Notes: generated by a model not told the origin, from the letters alone. A DNA stretch of 64,000 nucleotides from Mobula hypostoma (GCF_963921235.1 NC_086097.1:216258001-216322000), one strand, 5' to 3'; positions 1 to 12,960 are shown, numbered from the stretch's first letter. Translations and numbers: made by a program.

Positions 1-472
1 ATCCTCGGTTTTTCCTGTTGCTGGTGGCCTGGGCTGGGGTCAAAGCACTCCGCAGAGATGGTGCTCGGTGCTCGGTGCTCGGTGTCGGAGGTCTGGTCGG
101 AGGCTCGAAGTTTTCAGACAACTCAGAGTTGGACTGTGGTCGGGTGCTTCCAGATGCTGCATTGGCAAGTTTGTGGCACTGGAGGTTCATGGCAGGAGGG
201 GAGTTTTCTTCCTTCTACCGTCTGCATGAGATGATGGGACTTACGAGAGACTTTGAAGTTTTTCTTACCATGCCCATGGCCTGTTCTTCATCAAGTTACG
301 TATTGCTTACACTGTTGTAACTATACATTATAATTACGTGTTTTTTGTCAGTTTTTCAGTCTTGGTCTGTCTTATGTTTCTGTGATAGCACACCGGAGGA
401 AAATTGTATCATTTCTTAATGCATGCATTACTAAATGACAATAAAAGAGGGCTGCGTGTCCTCATAATCTAA
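1..472 (+). mobile_element. ORF-less non-autonomous retroelement, copy 1 (5' part cut off by the window edge)
   Basis: Colinear with 47394-48556 and with the reverse complement of 61196-61820. Ends in aatgacaataaaa-gagggctgcgtgtcctc-ataatctaat. Confidence 0.8.
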
Positions 473-850
473 TATTATATAGCAACAACAACTAACGACA
501 TTGACTCCTCACTAAGACATTAACCCGAATGAATGTCACATTTAGCACATCTTCACAAAAATATTATGTAAGTTAATCAACACAACGAATCTGCTTGCAT
601 CAGATCAGCAGACAGGGACTCATTTAGTGTTCCGCTCAACTTCAACCTCAAAGTCCTTAAAATAATATAGAATATAAATAATAACTGGAAGTGTTGTAAT
701 GTGAGCATTATAAAAATAAGTTAATACGAATTAGGATAATGGTCCTTTTTCAAAGTAGAAGTTACCACAGGAAGATCATAATTCAAAAATGGAAATGCTC
801 AGAACAAAATGTCTGTAAGTACAAGCAGAGGAGAAGATAATATACACTCT

Positions 851-975
851 CGATTCTTCGGCCGAAAACATCGTCTGTTTATTCCCCTCCATAGATGTTG
901 TCGGGCTTGCTGAATTTCTGGAGGATTTTGTGTGTGCTGTTCAAGATTTCCAGCATCTGAAGAATCTCTAGTGCT
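851..975 (+). mobile_element. Degenerate PLE-derived short repeat (pLTR arm)
   Basis: Matches the PLE 3' arm seen elsewhere in the window (ggccgaaaacatc...atagatg...gatttccagcatctg...agaatctct). Confidence 0.6.
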
Positions 976-1572
976 TGCAATATTTACTTACTAGGTTCTC
1001 CATCTATTTGAAGAGGAACAATATGAAACCTTTTTGGTCTATTCACTCCTGTAGCACCCAGTAGAAGTCACCATTGTGAACCTACAACATTAAGCAGAAA
1101 TTGCTTCCTCTGCAGTGCTTCAGATGTACAGAGCTAGTAGGTTTATTACAGACTCTGCGCATCAGTACAATTTCAAGTCAACCTGCATGGCATAGAATAT
1201 ACAATAACAAACATTGGCTGATTACAGAGTTACGCAGAAGCATATAAACATAGAAAACCTACAGCACATAGAAAACCTTCGGCCCACAAAGTTGTGCCAA
1301 ACATTTCCCTCCCTTAGAAATGACTAGGCTTACCATAGCCCTCTATTTTTCTAAGCTCCATGTACCTATCCAAAAGTCTCTTAAAAGACCCTATCATATC
1401 GGCCTCCACCACTGTTGCCGGCAGCCCGTTCCATGCACTCACCACTCTCTGCATAAAAAACTTACCCCTGACATCTCCTCTGTACCTACTCCCCAGCACC
1501 TTAAACCTGTGCAACACACATCAAAGTTGCTGGTGAACGCAGCAGGCCAGGCAGCATCTCTAGGAAGAGGTA

Positions 1573-1610
1573 CAGTCGACGTTTCGGGCCGAGATCCTTC
1601 ATCAGGACTA
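1573..1610 (-). ncRNA. Minimal type I hammerhead ribozyme motif in PLE pLTR
   Basis: Minus strand reads uaguc-CUGAUGA-a-ggaucucggccc-GAAA-c-GUC-gacug. Stem I is intact; stem II has one mismatch. Confidence 0.75.
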
Positions 1611-2441
1611 ACTGAAGGAAGAGCTAGTAAGAGATTTGAAAGTGGTGGCGGGGGGAGGGGGAGATCCAAAATGCTAGGAGAAGACAAGAGGGGCAGGGAT
1701 GGAGCCAAGAGCTGGACAGGTGATTGGCAAAAGGGATATGAGAGGATCATGGGACAGGAGGCCCAGGGAGAAGGAAAAGGAGGAGGGGGGAAAAAAACCA
1801 AGAGGATGGGCAAGGGGTATATTCAGAGGGACAGAGGGAGAAAAAGGAGAGAGAGAGAAAGAATGTGTGTATATAAATAAATAACGGATTAAAATGTGTG
1901 GTCACTGGGAGATCCTGCTTTCTCTGGCGGACAGAGCACTCTATCCGCCAGAGAAAGCAGGATCTCCCAGTGGCCACACATTTTAATTCCACATCCCATT
2001 CCCATTCTGATATGTCTATCCACGGCCTCCTCTACCGTAAAGATGAAGCCACACTCAGGTTGGAGGAACAACACCTTATATTCCATCTGGGTAGCCGCCA
2101 ACCTGATGGCATGAACATTGACTTCTCTAACTTCCACTAATGCTCCACCTCCCCCTCGTACCCCATCCGTTATTTATTGATATACACACATTCTTTCTCT
2201 CTCTCTCCTTTTTCTCCCTCTGTCCCTCTGACAATACCCCTTGCCCATCCTCTGGGATTTTTTTTCCCCCTCCTCCTTTTCCTTCTCCCTGGGCCTCCTG
2301 TCCCAATATCCTCTCATATCCCTTTTGCCAATCACCTGTCCAGCTCTTGGCTCCACCCCTCCCCCTCCTGTCTTCTCCTTTCATTTTGGATCTCCCCCTC
2401 CCCCTCCCACTTTCAAATCTCTTACTAGCTCTTCCTTCAGT

Positions 2442-2479
2442 TAGTCCTGACGAAGGGTCTCGGCCCGAAACGTCAACTG
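2442..2479 (+). ncRNA. Minimal type I hammerhead ribozyme motif in PLE pLTR (stem I mismatch)
   Basis: uaguc-CUGACGA-a-gggucucggccc-GAAA-c-GUC-aacug. Confidence 0.7.
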
Positions 2480-4401
2480 TACCTCTTCATAGAGATGCTG
2501 CCTGGCCTGCTGCGTTCACCAGCAACTTTGATAATGTGTTGCTTGAATTTCCAGCATCTGCAGAATTCCTCCTGTTTACTTTAAACCTGTGTCCTCTTGT
2601 GGCAACCGTTTCAGCCCTGGGAAAAAGTCTCTGACTATCCACACGATCAATGCCTCTCATCATCTTGTACACATTTATCAGGTCACCTCTCATTCTCTGT
2701 CGCTCCAAGGAGAAAAGGCCGAGTTCACTCAACCCATTTTCATAAGGCATGCTCTCCAATCCAGGCAACATCCTTATAAATCTCCTCTGCACCCTTTCTA
2801 TGGCTACCACGTCTTTCCTGTAGTGAGGCAACCAGAACTGAGCACAGTACTCCAAGTGGGGTCTGACCGGGGTCCTATATAGCTGCAACATTACCTCTCG
2901 ACTCTTAAATTAAATTCCACGATTAATGAAGGCCAATACACCGTATGCCTTCTTAAACACAGAGTCAACCTGTACAGCTGCTTTGAGTGTCCTATGGACT
3001 CAGACCCCAAGATCCCTCTGAACCTCCACACTACCAAGAGTCTTACTATTAATACTATATTCTGCCATCATATTTGACCAACCAAAATGAACCACTTCAC
3101 ACTTATCTGGGTTGAACACCATCTGCCACTTCTCAGCTCAGTTTTGCATCCTATCAATGTCCCGCTGTAACCTCAGATAGCCCTCCGCGCTATCCAAAAC
3201 ACCTCCAACCTTTGTGTCATCAGCAAACTTACTAATCATTCCTCCACTTCCTCATCCAGGTCATTTATAAAAAACACGAAGAATAAGGGTCCCAGAACAG
3301 ATCCCTGAGGCACACCACTGCTCACCGACCTCCATGCAGAATATGACCCGTCTACAACCACTCTTAGCCTTCTGTGGGCAAGCCAGTTCTAGATCCACAG
3401 AGCAATGTCCCCTTGGATCCCATGCTTCCTTATTTTCTCAATAAGCCTTGCATGGGGTACCTTATCAAATACCTTGCTGAAATCCATATCCACTACATCT
3501 ACTGCTCTTCCTTCATCAATGTGCTTAGTCACATCCTCAAAAAATTCAGTCAGGCTTGTAAGGCACGACCTGCCCTTAACAAATCCATGCTGGCTATTCC
3601 TAATCATATTATACCTCTCCAAATGTTCATAAATCCTACTTCTCAGGATCTTCTCCATCAACTTACCAAACACTGAAGTAAGACTCACTGGTCTATAATT
3701 TCCTGGGCTATCTCTACTCCCCTTCTTGAATAAAGGAACAACATCTGCAACCCTCCAATCCTCCGGAACCTCTCCCACCCCATTGATGGTTCAAAGATCA
3801 TTGCCAGAGGCTCAGCAATCTCCTCTCTTACCTCCCACAGTAGCCTGGGGTACATCTCATCCTGTCCCAGTGAGTAATCTAACTTGATGCTTTCCAAAAG
3901 CTCCAGCACATCCTCTTTCTTAATATCTACATGCTCAAGCTTTTCAGTCTGCTGAAAGTCATCACTACAATCACCAAGACCCTTTTCCATAGTGAATACT
4001 GAAGTAAAGTACTCATTAAGTATTCATTATGCTATTTCCTCTGGTTCCATACACACTTTCCCACTGTCACACTTGATAGGTCCTATTCTTTCATGTCTTA
4101 TACTCTTGCTCTTCACATACTTGTAGAATGCCTTGGGGTTTTCCTTAATCCTGCCCGCCAAGGCCTTCTCATGGCCCCTTCTGGCTCTCCTAATTTCCTT
4201 CCTGTTAGCCTTATAATCTTCTAGATCTCTAACATTACCTAGCTGTCTGAATCTTTTATAAGCTTTTCTTTTGTTCTTGACTAGATTTATTACAGCCTTT
4301 GTACACCACGGTTCCTCCATAACTTCCCTGTCTCATTGGAACGTACCTATGCAGAAATCCACACAAATATCCCCCGAATATTTGCCCCATTTCTTTCGTA
4401 C

Positions 4402-4492
4402 TCCTGACGAAAGTAGTCCTGACTAAGGGTCTCGGCGCTTTTCCTAGAGATGCTGCCTGGCCTGCTGCGTTCACCAGCAACTTTTATGTGTG
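4402..4492 (+). mobile_element. Short PLE pLTR fragment nested in CR1
   Basis: Partial hammerhead and pLTR sequence flanked by the 20-bp direct repeat ttgccccatttctttcgtac (4382-4401 and 4493-4512). Confidence 0.85.
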
Positions 4493-6359
4493 TTGCCCCA
4501 TTTCTTTCGTACATTTCCCTGAGAACATCTATTCCCAATTTAAGTTTCCAATTTCCTGCCTGATAGCTTCATAATTCCCCTGACTCCAATTAAACGCTTT
4601 TCTAACTTGTCTGTTCCTGTCTCTCTCCAATGCTATTGTGAAGGAGATAGAATTATGATCACTATCTCCAAAATGCTCTCCCACTGAGAGATCTGACACT
4701 TGACCAGGTTAATTTCCCAATACAAAATCAAGTACAGCCTCTCCTCTTGTAGGCTTATCTACATATTGTGTCAAGAAACCTCCCTGAACACACCTAACAA
4801 ACTCCATCCCATCTAAACCCTTTGCTCTAGGGAGATGCCAATCAATATTTGGGAAATTAAAATCTCCCATCACGACAACTCTGTTATTATTACACTTTTC
4901 CAGGATCTGTTTCCCTATCTGCTCCTCGATATCCCTGTTACTATTGGGCGGCCTATAAAAAACACCCAGTAAAGTTATTGACCCTTCCTGTTCCTAACCT
5001 CCACCCACAGAGGCTCCGTAGACAATTCCTCCATGATGTCCACCTTTTCTGCAGCTGTGACACTATCTCTGATCAACAATGCCACGCCTCCACCTCTTCT
5101 GCCTCCCTCCCTGTCCCTTCTGAAACATCTAAAACCCAGCACTTGAAGTAACCCTTCCTATCCCTGAGCCATCCAAGTCTCTGTAATGGCCACCACATCA
5201 TAGTTCCAAGTACTGGTCCGCGCTCTAAGCTCCTCCGCTTTGTTCACAATACTCCTTGCGTTAAAATAGACACATCTCAAACCGTCCGTCTGAGTGCATC
5301 CCCTCTCTATCACCTGCCTATCCTCCCTCACACTGTCTCCAAGCTTTCTCTATTTGTGAGCCAACCGCCTCTTCCCCAGTCTCTTCAGTTCGGTTCCCAC
5401 CCTGCAACAATTCCAGTTTAAACTCTCCCCAGCAGCCTTAGCAAACCTCCCTGCCAGGATATTGGTCCCCTGGGATTCAATTGCAACCCGTCCTTTTTGT
5501 ACAGGTCACACCTGCCCCAAAAGAGGTCCCAATGATCCAGAAACCTGAATCCCTGCCCCCTGCTCCAATCCCTCAGCCACACATTTATCTTCCACCTCAT
5601 TGCATTCCTATACTCACTGTCGCGTGGCACAGGCAGTAATCACGAGATTACTGCCTTTGCGGTCCTGCTTCTCAACTTCCTTCCTATCTCCCTGTAGCCT
5701 GTTTTCAGGACCTCTTCCCTTTTCCTGCCTGTGTCATTGGTACCAATATGTACCACAACCTCTGGCTGTTCTCCCTCCCACTGCAGGATATCTTGGATGC
5801 GATCTGTAACGTCCCGGACCCTGGCACCTGGGAGGCAAACTACCATCCGCGTTTCTTTCCTGTGTCCACAGAATCTCCTGTCTGACCCCCTAACTATAGA
5901 GTCCCCTATCACTACTGTCTTCCTCTTCCTTTCCCTGCCCTTCTGAGCCACAGGGCCAGACTCTGTGCCAGAGGCATAGCCACTGTTGCTTCCCCCAGGT
6001 AGGCTGTCCCCCCCAACAGTTATCACACAGGAGTACTTATCGTTAAGTGGTACAGCCACAGGGCTACTCTCTAGTACCTGACTCTTCCCCTTCCCTCTCC
6101 AAACTGTGACCCACTTGTCTGTCTCCCGTGGTCCCGGTGTGAACACCTGCCTATAACTCCTTTCTATCACCTCCTCGCTCTCCCTGACCAGACGAAGGTC
6201 ATCGAGCTGCATCTGCAGTTCCCTAACAGTTTTTGCTGAGCCAAAAACGCTGGTCATCTCTCATCAACTTTCCACATCTCAAGCTAGTTTTCATCCACCC
6301 ATATCTGATTGTCTGCCTTCCAAGGTTTTGAAAGTGAAGGCAATGAGAGTGTGGATTTA

Positions 6360-6995
6360 AAAACGCAAACACAAGGAAATCTGCAGATGCTGGAATTTCA
6401 AGCAACACACATAAAAGTTGCTGGTGAACACAGCAGACCAGGCAGCATCTCTAGGAAGAGGTACAGTCAACGTTTCGGGCCGAGACCCTTCGTCAGGACT
6501 ATCTGAAGGAAGAGCTAGTAAGAGATTTGAAAGTGGGAGGGGGAGGGGGAGTGGGAGATCCGAAATGATAGGAGAAGACAGGAGGGGGAGGGATGGAGCC
6601 AAGAGCTGGACAGTTGAAAAACCAGAGGATGGGCAAGGGACATAGTGAGGGAGACAGAGGGAGAAAAAGGAGAGAGTGAGAGAAAGAATGTGTGTATATA
6701 AATAAATAACGGATGGGGTACGATGGGGGAGGTGGGGCATCAGCGGAAGTTTGAGAAGTCAATGTTCATGCCATCAGGTTGGAGGCTACCCAGACGGAAT
6801 ATAAGGTGTTGTTCCTCCAACCTGAGTGTGGCTTCATCTTTACAGCAGAGGAGGCCGTGGATAGACATGTCAGAGTGGGAATGGGACGCAGAACCAAAAT
6901 GTGTGGCCACTGGGAGATCCTGCTTTCTCTGGCGGAGAGAGCGTAGGTGTTCAGCGAACCAATCTCCCAGTCTGCCTCGGGTCTCGCCAATATTC
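6360..6995 (-). mobile_element. Penelope-like element 3' fragment (GIY-YIG C-terminus plus pLTR)
   Basis: ORF 6740-6997 reads IGETRGRLGDWFAEHL..PVATHF..LEEQHLIFRLGSLQPDGMN. The 3' UTR is homologous to 2140-2580. Confidence 0.9.
6464..6501 (-). ncRNA. Minimal type I hammerhead ribozyme motif in PLE pLTR
   Basis: Minus strand reads uaguc-CUGACGA-a-gggucucggccc-GAAA-c-GUU-gacug. Stems I and II are intact. Confidence 0.78.
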
Positions 6996-7009
6996 ATTGG
7001 TTGACAACT

Positions 7010-7780
7010 TCCAATATTCTATAGACTATAGTGTGGTTTCAAGAAAATGGAAGGTAGCAAATAAAACTCAGCTATTTAAAAGGAAATTACAGACAATAGT
7101 GAGATAAGAGCTTGGATCTATTATTAAGTATGAGGTAACAGTGAACTTAAAAAATTAGATTTGGCAGAGTCAATATGTCAAATTGTGTTTGTCAAATTTG
7201 TTAGTCTTTTGAGACCGCAACTAGGCGAAGCTAGTAGCGTGAACTTTCATGAGGCCTTCAATAAGACACTGCACAAGAAAAACTTTAAACAAAATTATAG
7301 CCCAGTACATGGAAAGGGAGGCAAACTATTGATGTGGGTTGGTTAAGGCACAGAAGCAGAGAATTGGAAGAGATGGAACAATGTTTGTTGTGCTTCAGAT
7401 TTTGGAGTTGGGGCTGTAGAGATTCATAGCCTTTCATCAATGATTTGGTTGAGGGAACCTAGTGCTATATATTCAAATTTTCTGATGAAGCTAATCTGTT
7501 CAGAGTGTACATTAAATAATGGTGTGTAAAGCATCTTCAAGGGGGCATAGAGATGCAAAGTTATGGCAGAAAGCTGGAGTTATGGCAGAAAGTACAAAAT
7601 GTGGAAAATGTGTGATCATCCAACTTAAAGGAATATTATCAAACTGATATACAGGTACCAAGCATATAATGCCCTGTTGAAACTACACCCAGAACATGGA
7701 TTGAAAGTTCAGTAGATTGATTCCTGGCATATACGTTAGGAGGTAGTGTGGCGGGGTTGTTGTTTGAGGAAAAGGTTAAG
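7010..7780 (+). mobile_element. Highly decayed CR1 ORF2 remnant
   Basis: Scattered nucleotide resemblance to CR1 RT segments in the expected order (tggaaggtagcaaat, gagtcaatatg, gaggccttcaataag, aaattttctgatga). No intact ORF. Confidence 0.45.
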
Positions 7781-7904
7781 GAGTATATGCACGTAACTTT
7801 CCACATTCAAATACAGTAACCCCATGTTTCCATTCACATCTTTTACAACTCACCTTCCCCAAGCCATTCACCTGTCACCGACTGCACTAGGAGCAGTTCA
7901 CCTA

Positions 7905-8080
7905 CTAACCTGCATATCGTTGTCATGTGACAAGAAAAGGGAGCACTGAGGAGAAACACACACAGTTACAGGAAGAACATGTAAACTTCACAAAGACAGC
8001 ACCCACATTTAGGATTGAATAAAGTTGTCTGGAACTGTGAGACAGCAGGGCTAACTGCTGATCAACTCTGCCACCCTGTC
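7905..8080 (-). mobile_element. V-SINE/HE1-like tRNA-derived SINE, degenerate
   Basis: Minus strand shows a tRNA-like head followed by a V-domain-like segment, gtgctgtctttgtgaagtttacatgttcttcc...tgtttctcctcagtgctc. Confidence 0.55.
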
Positions 8081-8387
8081 TCATGTGGCTTGACAGGAGA
8101 GATGTAGGAATGATGTTTCCCTGAACTTGGGATGTCTTATTCCAGGCAAACACTATCACTTAGGAAGGATTCAGTTATTCAGGAGGAATTCAGTGAGAAT
8201 CTTTTTCCTGCAGTGTGGTGAATTTCTGAAATTTTCAACACAAGAGGCTGAAATGTATTGTTCACTCAGTTTTTTCAAGATGGAGGAAGTTAGTTTGGAT
8301 ATTAAGGGTACAAGGGGCATCAAGGATAAGGACTTAGTGGAGGAAAGCGTCATTCAGATAAAAATAAAGTCAGCTGTGATTTTATTG

Positions 8388-10647
8388 AATGATATAGAGA
8401 GTGACATAGTTAATTCAGAAACAAAGGTTCTGAACTTAAAGAGGGGTAACTTTGAAGGTATGAGACGTGAATTAGCTAAGATAGACTGGCAAATGACACT
8501 TAAAGGATTGACGGTGGATATGCAATGGCAAGCATTTAAAGGTTGCATGGATGAACTACAACAATTGTTCATCCCAGTTTGGCAAAAGAATAAATCAAGG
8601 AAGGTAGTGCACCCGTGGCTGACAAGAGAAATTAGGGATAGTATCAATTGCAAAGAAGAAGCATACAAATTAGCCAGAGAAAGTGGCTCACCTGAGGACT
8701 GGGAGAAATTCAGAGTTCAGCAGAGGATGACAAAGGGCTTAATTAGGAAGGGGAAAAAAGATTATGAGAGAAACTGGCAGGGAACATAAAAACTGACTGT
8801 AAAAGCTTTTATAGATATGTAAAAAGGAAAAGACTGGTAAAGACAAATGTAGGTCCCCTACAGACAGAAACAGGTGAATTGATTATGGGGAGCAAGGACA
8901 TGGCAGACCAATTGAATAATTACTTTGGTTCTGTCTTCACTAAGGAGGACATAAATAATCTTCCAGAAATAGTAGGGGACAGAGGGTCCAGTGAGATGGA
9001 GGAACTGAGCAAAGTACTTGTTAGTAGGGAAGTGGTATTAGGTAAATTGAAGGGATTGAAGGCAGATAAATCCCCAGGGCCAGATGGTCTGCATCCTAGA
9101 GTGCTTAAGGAAGTAGCCCAAGAAATAGTGGATGCATTAGTGATAATTTTTCAAAACTCGTTAGATTCTGGACTAGCTCCTGAGGATTGGAGGGTGGCTA
9201 ATGTAACCCCACTTTTTAAAAAAGGAGGGAGAGAGAAACCGGGGAATTATAGACCGGTTAGCCTAACTTCGGTGGTGGGGAAACTGCTGGAGTCAGTTAT
9301 CAAAGATGTGATAACAGCACATTTGGAAAGCAGTGAAATCATCAGACAAAGTCAGCATGGATTTGTGAAAGGAAAATCATGTCTGACGAATCTCACAGAA
9401 TTTTTTGAGGATGTAACCAGTAGAGTGGATAGGGGAGAACCAGTGGATGTGGTATATTTGGATTTTCAAAAGGCTTTTGACAAGGTCCCACACAGGAGAT
9501 TAGTGTGCAAACTTAAAGCACACGGTATTGGGGGTAAGGTATTGATGTGGATGGAGAATTGGTTAGCAGACAGGAAGCAAAGTGTGGGAATACACGGGAC
9601 CTTTTCAGAATGGCAGGCGGTGACTAGTGGGGTACCGCAAGGCTCAGTGCTGGGACCCCAGTTGTTTACAATATATATTAATGACTTGGATGAGGGAATT
9701 AAATGCAGCATCTCCAAGCTTGCGGATGACACGAAGCTGGGCGGCAGTGTTAGCGGTGAGGAGGATGCTAAGAGGATGCAGAGTGACTTGGATAGGTTGG
9801 GTGAGTGGGCAAGTTCATGACAGATGAAATTTAATGTGGATAAATGTGAAGTTATCCACTTTGGTGGCAAAAATAGGAAAACAGATTATTATCTGAATGG
9901 TGGCCGATTAGGAAAAGGGGAGGTGCAACGAGACCTGGGTGTCATTATACACCAGTCATTGAAAGTGGGCATGCAGGTACAGCAGGCAGTGAAAAAGGCG
10001 AATGATATGTTGGCATTTATAACGAGAGGATTCGAGTACAGGAGCAGGGAGGTACTACTGCAGTTGTACAAGGCCTTGGTGAGACCACACCTGGAGTATT
10101 GTGCGCAGTTTTGGTCCCCTAATCTGAGGAAAGACATCCTTGCCATAGAGGGAGTACAAAGAAGGTTCACCAGATTGATTCCCGGGATGGCAGGACTTTC
10201 ATATCAAGAAAGGCTGGATGAACTGGGCTTGTACTCGTTGGAATTTAGAAGATTGAGGGGGGATCTGATTGAAACGTATAAAATCCTAAAGGGATTGGAC
10301 AGGCTAGATGCAGGAAGATTGTTCCCGATGTTGGGGAAGTCCAGAACGAGGGGTCACAGTTTGAGGATAAAGGGGAAGCCTTTTAGGACCGAGATTAGGA
10401 AAAACTTCTTCACACAGAGAGTGGTGAATCTGTGGAATTCTCTGCCACAGGAAACAGTTGAGGCCAGTTCATTGGCTATATTTAAGAGGGAGTTAGATAT
10501 GGCCCTTGTGGCTACAGGGATCAGGGGGTATGGAGCGAAGGCTGGGGCGGGGTTCTGAGTTGGATGATCAGCCATGATCATAATAAATGGTGGTGCAGGC
10601 TCGAAGGGCCGAATGGCCTACTCCTGCACCTATTTTCTATGTTTCTA
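8388..10647 (+). mobile_element. CR1-clade LINE, 5'-truncated, ORF2 with a frameshift and a stop
   Basis: ORFs 8127-8789, 8879-9820 and 9824-10558 carry [25 protein letters not shown] and RPHLEYCAQFWSP. Tail is ttttctatgtttcta. Same family as 35859-37345 and 40531-43765. Confidence 0.95.
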
Positions 10648-10824
10648 TATAGTGCAGGAGCAAGAGGTCAAGTTGTCTCTTCCTGTTCCTCTTTCTTTTT
10701 TAAACCCAACTTCTACAGTTTCATAAACACAAGAAAGTTTGCAGACGCTGGAAATCCAAAGCAACACCCACAAAATGCTGGAGGAGCTCAGCAGATCAGG
10801 CAGCGCGTATGGAAATGAATAGAG

Positions 10825-10861
10825 AGTCAATATTTCTGGCTGAGACCCTTCTTCAGGACTG
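10825..10861 (-). ncRNA. Degenerate minimal hammerhead motif
   Basis: Minus strand reads aguc-CUGAAGA-a-gggucucagcca-GAAA-u-AUU-gacu. Confidence 0.5.
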
Positions 10862-11520
10862 AGAAGGAAGGAGGAAGACGCCAAAATTAAAAGTGGGGGG
10901 AGAGGAAGAAGGCTAGCTGGAAAGTGATATGTGGGTGGGAAAGATCAAGGGCTGGAGAAGAAGGAATCTGATAGGGAGGAGAGTGGACCATAGGAGAAAG
11001 GGATGGAGGAGGGGATCCAGGGGGAAGTAATAAACAAGTGAGAAGAAGTAATAGGTCAGAGTGGGTAACAGAGGAAAAGCAGGAGGAGGAAGTTAGTTTA
11101 CCAGAAGGAGTAATTGATATTCATGTCATCAAATTGGAGACTATACAGACAGAATATAAGGTGTTGCTCCTCCACCCTGAGGGTGCCCTCATCTTGACAC
11201 AAGCGGAGACCGTAGACCGACATGTCCGAACAGAAGTAGGAATTGGAATTAAAATGTTCGGCCACCAGGAAAACCCACTTCCGGCGGATAGTGCGGAGGT
11301 GCCCGACGAAGCAGTCCTCCAAATTACGACGGGTCACACCGATGTAGAGGAGACCACATCAAGGGTATCGGGCACAATAGATGACCCCAGCAGGTTCACA
11401 GGTGAAGTGTTGCCTCACATGGAAGGTCTGCCTGGGGCCCTTCATGGAGGTGAAAGAGGGGGTGTATGGGTAAGTGTGGCACTTGGACTGCTTGCAGGGA
11501 TACGTGCCGGTAAGGAGATT

Positions 11521-12960
11521 AGTCAAGTCAAGTCAAGTCAAGTCACTTTTTATTGTCATTTCAACCATGACTGCTGGTACAATACACGGTAAAAACAAAT
11601 CAACGTTTTTCAGGACCATGGTGCTACATGAACAATACAAAAACTACACTATGTAAAACAAAAACTACACTATGAACTATGTAAAGCAGCACAAAACTAC
11701 ACTAGAGTACAGACCTACCCAGGACTACATAAAGTGCCCAAAACAGTGCAGACATTACAATAAATAATAAACAAAACAATAGGCACAGTACAGGGCAGTA
11801 GGTTGGTGTCAGTCCAGGCTCTGGGTATTGAGGAGTCTGATGGCTTGGGGGAAGAAACTGTTACATAGTCTGGTCGTGACAGCCCGAATACTTCGGTGCC
11901 TTTTGCCAGATGGCAGGAGGGAGAAGAGTTTGTATGAGGGGTGCGTGGGATCCTTCATAACGCTGTTTGCTTTACAGATGCAGCGTGCGGTGTAATTGTC
12001 GCCAATGGCGGGAAGAGAGACCCCGATGATCTTCTCAGCTGACCTCACTATCCGCTGCAGGGTCTTGCGATCCGAGATGGTGCAATTTCCGAACCAGGCA
12101 GTGATGCAGCTGCTCAGGATGCTCTCAGTACAACCTCTGTAGAATGAGGTGAGGATGGGGGGGTGGGAGATAGACTTTTCTCAGCCTTCGCAGAAAGTAA
12201 AGATGCTGCTGGGCTTTCTTTGCTATGGAACTGGTGTTGAGGGACCAGGTGAGATTCTCCGCCAGGTGAACACCAAGAAATTTGGTGCTCTTAACGATCA
12301 CTACGGAGGAGTTGTCGATGTTCAGTGGAGAGTGGTTGTTCCATGTCCTCCTGAAGTCAACAACCATCTCTTTTGTTTTGTTCACATTCGCAGACAGGTT
12401 GTTGGCTCCGCACCAGTCCATTAGCTGCTGCACCTCCTCTCTGTATGCTGACTCGTCGTTCTTGCTGATGAGACCCACCATGGTTGTGTCATCGGCGAAC
12501 TTGATGATGTGGTTCGAGTTGTGTATTGCTGCACAGTCGTGGGTCAGCAGAGTAAACAGCAGTGGACTGAGCACACAGCCCTGGGGAGCCCCCGTGCTCA
12601 GTGTGATGGTGTTGGAGATGCTGCTTCCAATCCGGACTGACTGAGGTCTCCCAGTCAGGAAGTCTAGGATCCAGTTGCAGGTGGAGGTGTTCAGGCCCAG
12701 TAGGCTCAGCTTTCCAATCAGTTTCTGAGGAATGATTGTGTTGAATGCTGAACTGAAGTCTATGAACAGAATTCGAAGGTACGTGTCTTTTTTGTCCAGG
12801 TGGATTAGGGCCAGGTGGAGGGTGATGGCAATGGCATCGTCTGTTGAACGGTTGGGGCGGTACACGAACTGCAGGGGGTCTACTGAGGGGGGCAGCAGGG
12901 TCTTGATGTGCCTCATGACGAGCCTCTTGAAACACTTCACTATGATGGATGTGAGCTGCA
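11521..12960 (-). mobile_element. Rex1/Babar-type LINE, 5'-truncated, nested in PLE
   Basis: ORF 12125-13045 carries [41 protein letters not shown] and KFADDTT. 3' end is tgacaataaa plus a (ttgac)n tail at 11521-11545. Confidence 0.9.

Larger units (their letters stand above)
1512..2580. mobile_element. Penelope-like element, fold-back (inverted pLTR) insertion
   Basis: GIY-YIG C-terminus (DLPVATHFN..LRLEEQHLIF.LGS.QPDGMNIDFSNF*, ORF 1898-2140). The two arms are reverse complements. Flanked by the 11-bp direct repeat ttaaacctgtg (1501-1511 and 2581-2591). Confidence 0.9.
1245..6230 (-). mobile_element. CR1-clade LINE, 5'-truncated and degenerate (ORF1 esterase plus ORF2 APE/RT), with two nested PLE insertions
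   Basis: Minus-strand ORF fragments: VVIGDSIVRG and HIGTND (SGNH-esterase ORF1, 5640-6257); [25 protein letters not shown] and QHGFVKGRSCLT..DFSKVFDKVPH (3389-3778); RPHLEYCAQFW (2487-2891). CR1-type ttttctatg tail near 1250. Confidence 0.93.
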
